From the NCBI GenBank assembly GCA_038889075.1, contig JAWAHS010000016.1, positions 16,186 through 36,478 on the forward strand: a stretch of DNA of 20,293 bases, in the 5' to 3' direction. Of this stretch, positions 16,479-20,293 are shown piece by piece (position 1 is the stretch's first letter; every line of letters starts with the position of its first letter). Made by a program: the position numbers and the translations under genes. Source of the stretch: Ignisphaera sp. (GTDB lineage: Archaea > Thermoproteota > Thermoprotei_A > Sulfolobales > Ignisphaeraceae). Below the pieces are notes generated by a model, which worked only from the letters and a program-made list of their open reading frames with translations, searched no databases and was not told the DNA's origin.

Positions 16479-17253
16479 TGTTGAGGCTGTTGTTTCTAGG
16501 TCTGTTCCTCTTGTTGGTTGGAGTGGTTCTTTTGTGGCTAAGGTTATCAAGTCTTGTTTTCCTAGAGAGGTTCTGGAATGCGGTTTCTCTATTTCTCCTT
16601 TGCTTCAGAATGGTAGGATTGTTTTGAGTGGTGTTAATGGTTCTCATGTTGTTTTGGATGCTGGTTCTAGTGTTTGGTTTAGGTTTACTTCTTATTGTAG
16701 AGATGGGTCTGTTGTTGCTAGAGTTGTTGATGTTGTATCTAATGGTGTTCTTGATGTTTTTAGGGCTTCTGAGGTTGAGTTTCGTGTATATGAGTCCTCT
16801 ATCGATTTGCTTAATGACTGCGATTTTTGTGGTGAGGATAAGCTTGTAAAGTTTATTGATTCTAGGGGTAGAGCTATGGTTGAGGTTTTCTTTGGTCCAA
16901 CAATGCTTATGTTCAGGGGTTGGAGGGTGTTATACCCTTCTCCTCAGAGGCTTGTGTATACCTTGGCTAAATCCAGCGTCGACTTCTTGGGTGTTGATCC
17001 TAGGATTGCTAGGAAAAGAGCTAGAACTCTATCTAGGAATGTCGAGATCGTTGGTTACGGAACCAAGGTTGTAGATGTATCTATAGGTAGGAGAAGAAAG
17101 GTTAAGGCATTCATGGGAAAAGCCGTCTTCGGGATTCAGGGGCTGGAGAACCTCCGAGATTTTGTTGAGCTACTCGAGGTCGGTAAACTGGTTGGTGCTG
17201 GTAGATCTAGGGGTATAGGTTTTGGCTACATAAGCTATAGAGTATCGCCTTGA
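16462..17253 (+). CDS. cas6: crRNA-processing endoribonuclease Cas6
   Basis: FSISPL, F.GPT, LYPSP and C-terminal Gly-rich loop GAGRSRGIGFG. ATG 16462 follows GGTGG; overlaps the cas3'' end. Confidence 0.88.
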   Translation: MVAIFSVEAVVSRSVPLVGWSGSFVAKVIKSCFPREVLECGFSISPLLQNGRIVLSGVNGSHVVLDAGSSVWFRFTSYCRDGSVVARVVDVVSNGVLDVFRASEVEFRVYESSIDLLNDCDFCGEDKLVKFIDSRGRAMVEVFFGPTMLMFRGWRVLYPSPQRLVYTLAKSSVDFLGVDPRIARKRARTLSRNVEIVGYGTKVVDVSIGRRRKVKAFMGKAVFGIQGLENLRDFVELLEVGKLVGAGRSRGIGFGYISYRVSP

Positions 17254-17272
17254 ACTGGTGGATACAGTCTTG

Positions 17273-17878
17273 ATGAAGCTCTACATAGTTTCAAAACCTT
17301 TAAACAGTTCTATAGATGATATGCTTAAGGTAGTAGGTTTCGATAGAAAAACAGCTATAGCTATTGTCGGCTCCAATCTAGCTGAGGAAAACTACTGTAG
17401 TAGGTATCTGTGTCTAGATACATTAAACGGTTTCGAGGAATTGACAAAAAACGTAGTCGAGATTATTAAGAGAAGAGGTATTCGTTATGTAAAGCTTGTG
17501 CTAGGAGATACAGATGGTCTTACTTCAACAGCTATCCACACTATGTACATGGTTTTTAACACAGTTGAGCTAGCTATAGATCTAGAGATTGAGCCCCTAA
17601 ACATAGTCTACGATGAAGAACTCATTAAACTAGACTTCAAGCCCAGGCTTTGGCTAGATCTTAGAGATCTAGAGATACTGGCTAGACTAGATAGCTGCAG
17701 AGCTAGTAGAGATATAGCGGATATGCTCAACATCCCCAGCTCTAGCTCAAGACGAAGACTATTCAACATGATGAGGAAAGGGTTAATAGATATAGTGTAT
17801 AGAGGTAGGAAAAAGATATACTGTCCAACAACTCTAGCCAAGATCTTTTCCTACACATCGATGCAGAGGTTTCTATAG
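17273..17878 (+). CDS. Second Csa3-like regulator: divergent N-terminal alpha/beta domain + C-terminal winged HTH
   Basis: C-terminal LDLRDLEILARL...SRDIADMLNIPSSSSRRRLFNMMRKGLI...GRKKIY.PT; about 200 aa like Csa3; canonical CARF motifs not evident. ATG 17273 (alternative GTG 17258). Confidence 0.6.
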   Translation: MKLYIVSKPLNSSIDDMLKVVGFDRKTAIAIVGSNLAEENYCSRYLCLDTLNGFEELTKNVVEIIKRRGIRYVKLVLGDTDGLTSTAIHTMYMVFNTVELAIDLEIEPLNIVYDEELIKLDFKPRLWLDLRDLEILARLDSCRASRDIADMLNIPSSSSRRRLFNMMRKGLIDIVYRGRKKIYCPTTLAKIFSYTSMQRFL

Positions 17879-18423
17879 AAACAGATGCTGCATCTAGTCT
17901 TAGATGGAGTTGATCTAGGGAGCTTCTCTTCAGCAATCATCCTGCGGATCTCTTTTACAGATCTATAGACTATTTCCCTGATGTTAGGCGATATAGCTAT
18001 CTCGAATACAGATCTAGGTTCGAGGGAGAGGATAACTGCTCTATAGACAGGTTTGTTGACTGTTTCTTCAACAGCTATAGCGTAGCTTACTAGCTGTACT
18101 ATATGGTGTAGAGCGTATCTTTTAATAGCTTTAGGAGAGCTTCTGAGCTTAATCTCTATAGGTATAGCCTCTTTATCGCATATAGCGAGAGCATCTACAT
18201 AGCCATGTATACCTAGTCTATTGGAGTAGACATATCTATCAACCTCTATACAGCATCTATCGCTAAGCTTATGCCTAACGGCTTCGTGTATGCTCTGGGG
18301 AGAAGGTCTAGATTCCCTAGCGTACATCATGGACTCCGTAGGAGGTTCAAGGATAGTGAATATCTTGAAGTAGGCTATCCTCGGACAGTAGGTGTACTCC
18401 TTGATTATCGTTATAGGTATCAT
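17851..18423 (-). CDS. cas4: CRISPR-associated protein Cas4
   Basis: YCPR, G.VD, PIEIK, QLVSY and C-terminal CSICFYRNLC (four Fe-S cysteines in total). Confidence 0.93.
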   Translation of the reverse strand: MIPITIIKEYTYCPRIAYFKIFTILEPPTESMMYARESRPSPQSIHEAVRHKLSDRCCIEVDRYVYSNRLGIHGYVDALAICDKEAIPIEIKLRSSPKAIKRYALHHIVQLVSYAIAVEETVNKPVYRAVILSLEPRSVFEIAISPNIREIVYRSVKEIRRMIAEEKLPRSTPSKTRCSICFYRNLCIDV

Positions 18424-18701
18424 AGAACCTCTAATGATTTCTCACCCACCTCAGCCTGGGAATTAAAGAACATAGCCTTATCCATGTACTCCTTAGGCAC
18501 AACTATAACACCTATAGAATCTGTAGACCTATCTATAACTCTTAGAAGAGCTCTAAAAGCTTCTTTAGCTAGACTAGCGTTTCCTTTAGCTATATATACA
18601 CTTCTCTGAACCCTCTGGAAACCAAGTCCCTGAAGCTTCTCAGCAGCTATAAGCCTTCTACTATTGTCAGATATATCGTAGAAAGCAACTATATAGCTCA
18701 A
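18420..18701 (-). CDS. cas2: CRISPR-associated protein Cas2
   Basis: IVAFYDISD..RR, G.QRVQRSVY, DS motifs; TTG start. Confidence 0.93.
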   Translation of the reverse strand: MSYIVAFYDISDNSRRLIAAEKLQGLGFQRVQRSVYIAKGNASLAKEAFRALLRVIDRSTDSIGVIVVPKEYMDKAMFFNSQAEVGEKSLEVL

Positions 18702-18702
18702 A

Positions 18703-19689
18703 CTATATCACCAGCCTAGCCCCTCTATACTCTAGACCTTCTCTGATACAGTAGGCTAGATCCCATGCATCCCTCTTTACAACCTCGGAAAGCTCCTCCC
18801 TCCTACCTGCTTTAACGTATAGATACCTCTGTCTAAGGTTTTCGAGAACAATAGATGCTACAGATTTTCTAGAATCTATGTCCAGTCTATCCTGTTGAAC
18901 AGCTAGCTTAATCTTCCTAACGTTTATCACAAGAGGTTTATCTACCGCAATAGCCCTAAACATCTCAACAAAGTCTAGCGTTAGAGAAGGTTTCCCACTC
19001 TTAGGGGTATGGAGAACACCTAGGTATGGATCTAGACCAGCAAAGAGAAGAGATCTTTCACATACGCTATAGAGAATCCCGTAGCCATAGTTTAAAGCCA
19101 TGTTGAATGGATCTCCAGACTCGTGGTCTCTACCCCTAAACCCTAGGCTATCTGGGAGTAGAGAGGCTATAGTCTGCCAATAGGCTTTAGCTGCTCTAGA
19201 CTCGAACGACATGAGGATATCTCTATCAAGGATCCTAGGATCTGATGCTCTAAGCTCTGTAGCTATAGAGTCTATCTGGTAAGCAACTTCTCTTAAGCTT
19301 GGCTCTCTATAGTTTTTCGCTAGATACCTTACGAGCTCTACCTGGTTAACTATCTTGGTATAGACAATCTCTTTAGCCAGCTTCCTGCCGTAGTCCCCTT
19401 GAAACAGCATGTACTGGGAAACCCTTACAGCAACAGTTTTGTTTATATATGGTGGGTATAGGCGGGCTATAGGCATTCCGTTGAAGTCTAGGAAGACAAA
19501 GTCGATACCTCTTCTAGCAGCAACCCTAATAGCTTTAGAGGATATGCTAACCCTCGAAGAGGCTACAACTACACAATCTACATCTGGAGGTATAAGGGTT
19601 TTCTCCTTAGAGTCCCCTTTAACAACGTATATACCTCCTCTCCTACACACCACCCTAGAGCCAGGGGAAACTATGGTGAAAACCTTCAT
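18703..19689 (-). CDS. cas1: CRISPR integrase Cas1
   Basis: FESRAAKAYW, DPFNMALNYGYGILY, GLDPYLGVLH, SLTLDFVEMFR..VD. Confidence 0.95.
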   Translation of the reverse strand: MKVFTIVSPGSRVVCRRGGIYVVKGDSKEKTLIPPDVDCVVVASSRVSISSKAIRVAARRGIDFVFLDFNGMPIARLYPPYINKTVAVRVSQYMLFQGDYGRKLAKEIVYTKIVNQVELVRYLAKNYREPSLREVAYQIDSIATELRASDPRILDRDILMSFESRAAKAYWQTIASLLPDSLGFRGRDHESGDPFNMALNYGYGILYSVCERSLLFAGLDPYLGVLHTPKSGKPSLTLDFVEMFRAIAVDKPLVINVRKIKLAVQQDRLDIDSRKSVASIVLENLRQRYLYVKAGRREELSEVVKRDAWDLAYCIREGLEYRGARLVI

Positions 19690-20293
19690 CTTCTCTCACT
19701 GCAGAAAACAGAGTAGGGGCAGCTAGGGTAGCAGTGGTCTGGTGCAGGGGGCTCCTCCTACCCTCTTTCCGTGTGGTGTCTCCTCTACCAGAACCGGCAG
19801 TGGTCTGGTGCAGGGGGCTCCTCCCCGTGCTCCAAGATCATCGCCACCCTATCTCTAGCCTCTAGAAAAGCTCTTCTAAGGTTATCGTCAACCCTTACAA
19901 TTCTCCAACTTAAAACAGGGTTATCGCCATCAACAACACCTATATAGAGAGCTACGGCAAAATCAACTGGATGGCCAATCCAACTCTCTACAGCTAGAGC
20001 ATACCCAGCTAGAGCTATCTCCTTCCTCTCAAACCCCTTCTCGTTCGCAGGCGCGAGAGAGATATCAACAGGTAGAAAACCGACAAGAAGATCAGGTTTA
20101 ACGAAATCAGATAAACCAATAGCTGCTCCAGGAATCATAGGCTCAACAGATATAGGGATACCATCCTCGTTAGAGTACATAGCTAGCGACAAAGCCTTCC
20201 TAAACAACTTCCTAAAGAAACTCCTATAACCTCTAAGCATCGGATCAAAACCATGAAGTATTCTCTCAAAACCTCTAACAATATCAACAACAT
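19686..20293 (-). pseudogene. csa1: Csa1 (type I-A Cas4-like), 5' part outside the window; C-terminus interrupted by a 66-bp in-frame insertion with two TAG stops
   Basis: VEP..PG..IGLS..VKPD, ALAGYALAVES, PVDF, RRAFLEARD motifs; frame open to the right edge. Stops at 19785 as ...PDHCRFW*. Removing 66 bp gives ...EEPPAPDHCYPSCPYSVFCSERR* with TGA 19686-19688 overlapping the cas1 ATG. Confidence 0.85.
19731..19824. repeat. Perfect 28-bp direct repeat (GCAGTGGTCTGGTGCAGGGGGCTCCTCC at 19731-19758 and 19797-19824) flanking a 38-bp unique sequence
   Basis: Read directly; insert 19759-19796 = TACCCTCTTTCCGTGTGGTGTCTCCTCTACCAGAACCG. Confidence 0.97.

Noticed and set aside
5495-19726. Antisense or alternative-frame ORFs overlapping tctC, tctA, the aldolase and cas genes (e.g. 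5715-6065, 9031-9390, 10631-11008, 14386-15003, 16628-17074, 18271-18609, 19409-19726)
   Set aside because: They overlap well-supported genes and lack motifs; explained by codon bias.
19731-19824. Reading the csa1 insertion as a bona fide CRISPR array, DGR element, BHB intron or sequencing adapter
   Set aside because: The repeat is csa1 coding sequence unlike the local CRISPR repeat; no reverse transcriptase is in the window; I could not build a bulge-helix-bulge; adapter similarity is limited to a mismatched 12-mer (GGAAAGAGGGTA).

Overview
Crenarchaeal (Thermoprotei/Desulfurococcales-like; inferred from gene content, TATA/BRE promoters and GGTG Shine-Dalgarno motifs) chromosomal segment. 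Left half: a 3'-truncated GH35 beta-galactosidase (not in the ORF track), an SPL-like radical SAM gene, a DUF998 membrane protein, a complete tripartite tricarboxylate transporter (tctC-tctB-tctA) and an HpcH/HpaI aldolase. Right half: a type I-A CRISPR-Cas locus with csa3 divergent from csa5-cas7-cas5-cas8a-cas3'-cas3''-cas6 plus a second Csa3-like regulator, and a convergent adaptation operon csa1-cas1-cas2-cas4. There is no spacer-containing array, only one intact-looking repeat (9419-9443) with a leader-like region. Most notable: (1) csa1 is interrupted by a 28-bp direct duplication flanking a 38-bp unique insert, the geometry of one CRISPR repeat-spacer unit, which removes its last Fe-S cysteines; (2) an orphan repeat plus degenerate repeat-like copies on both sides of the aldolase; (3) a strand-polarised structured RNA candidate at about 8148-8286.
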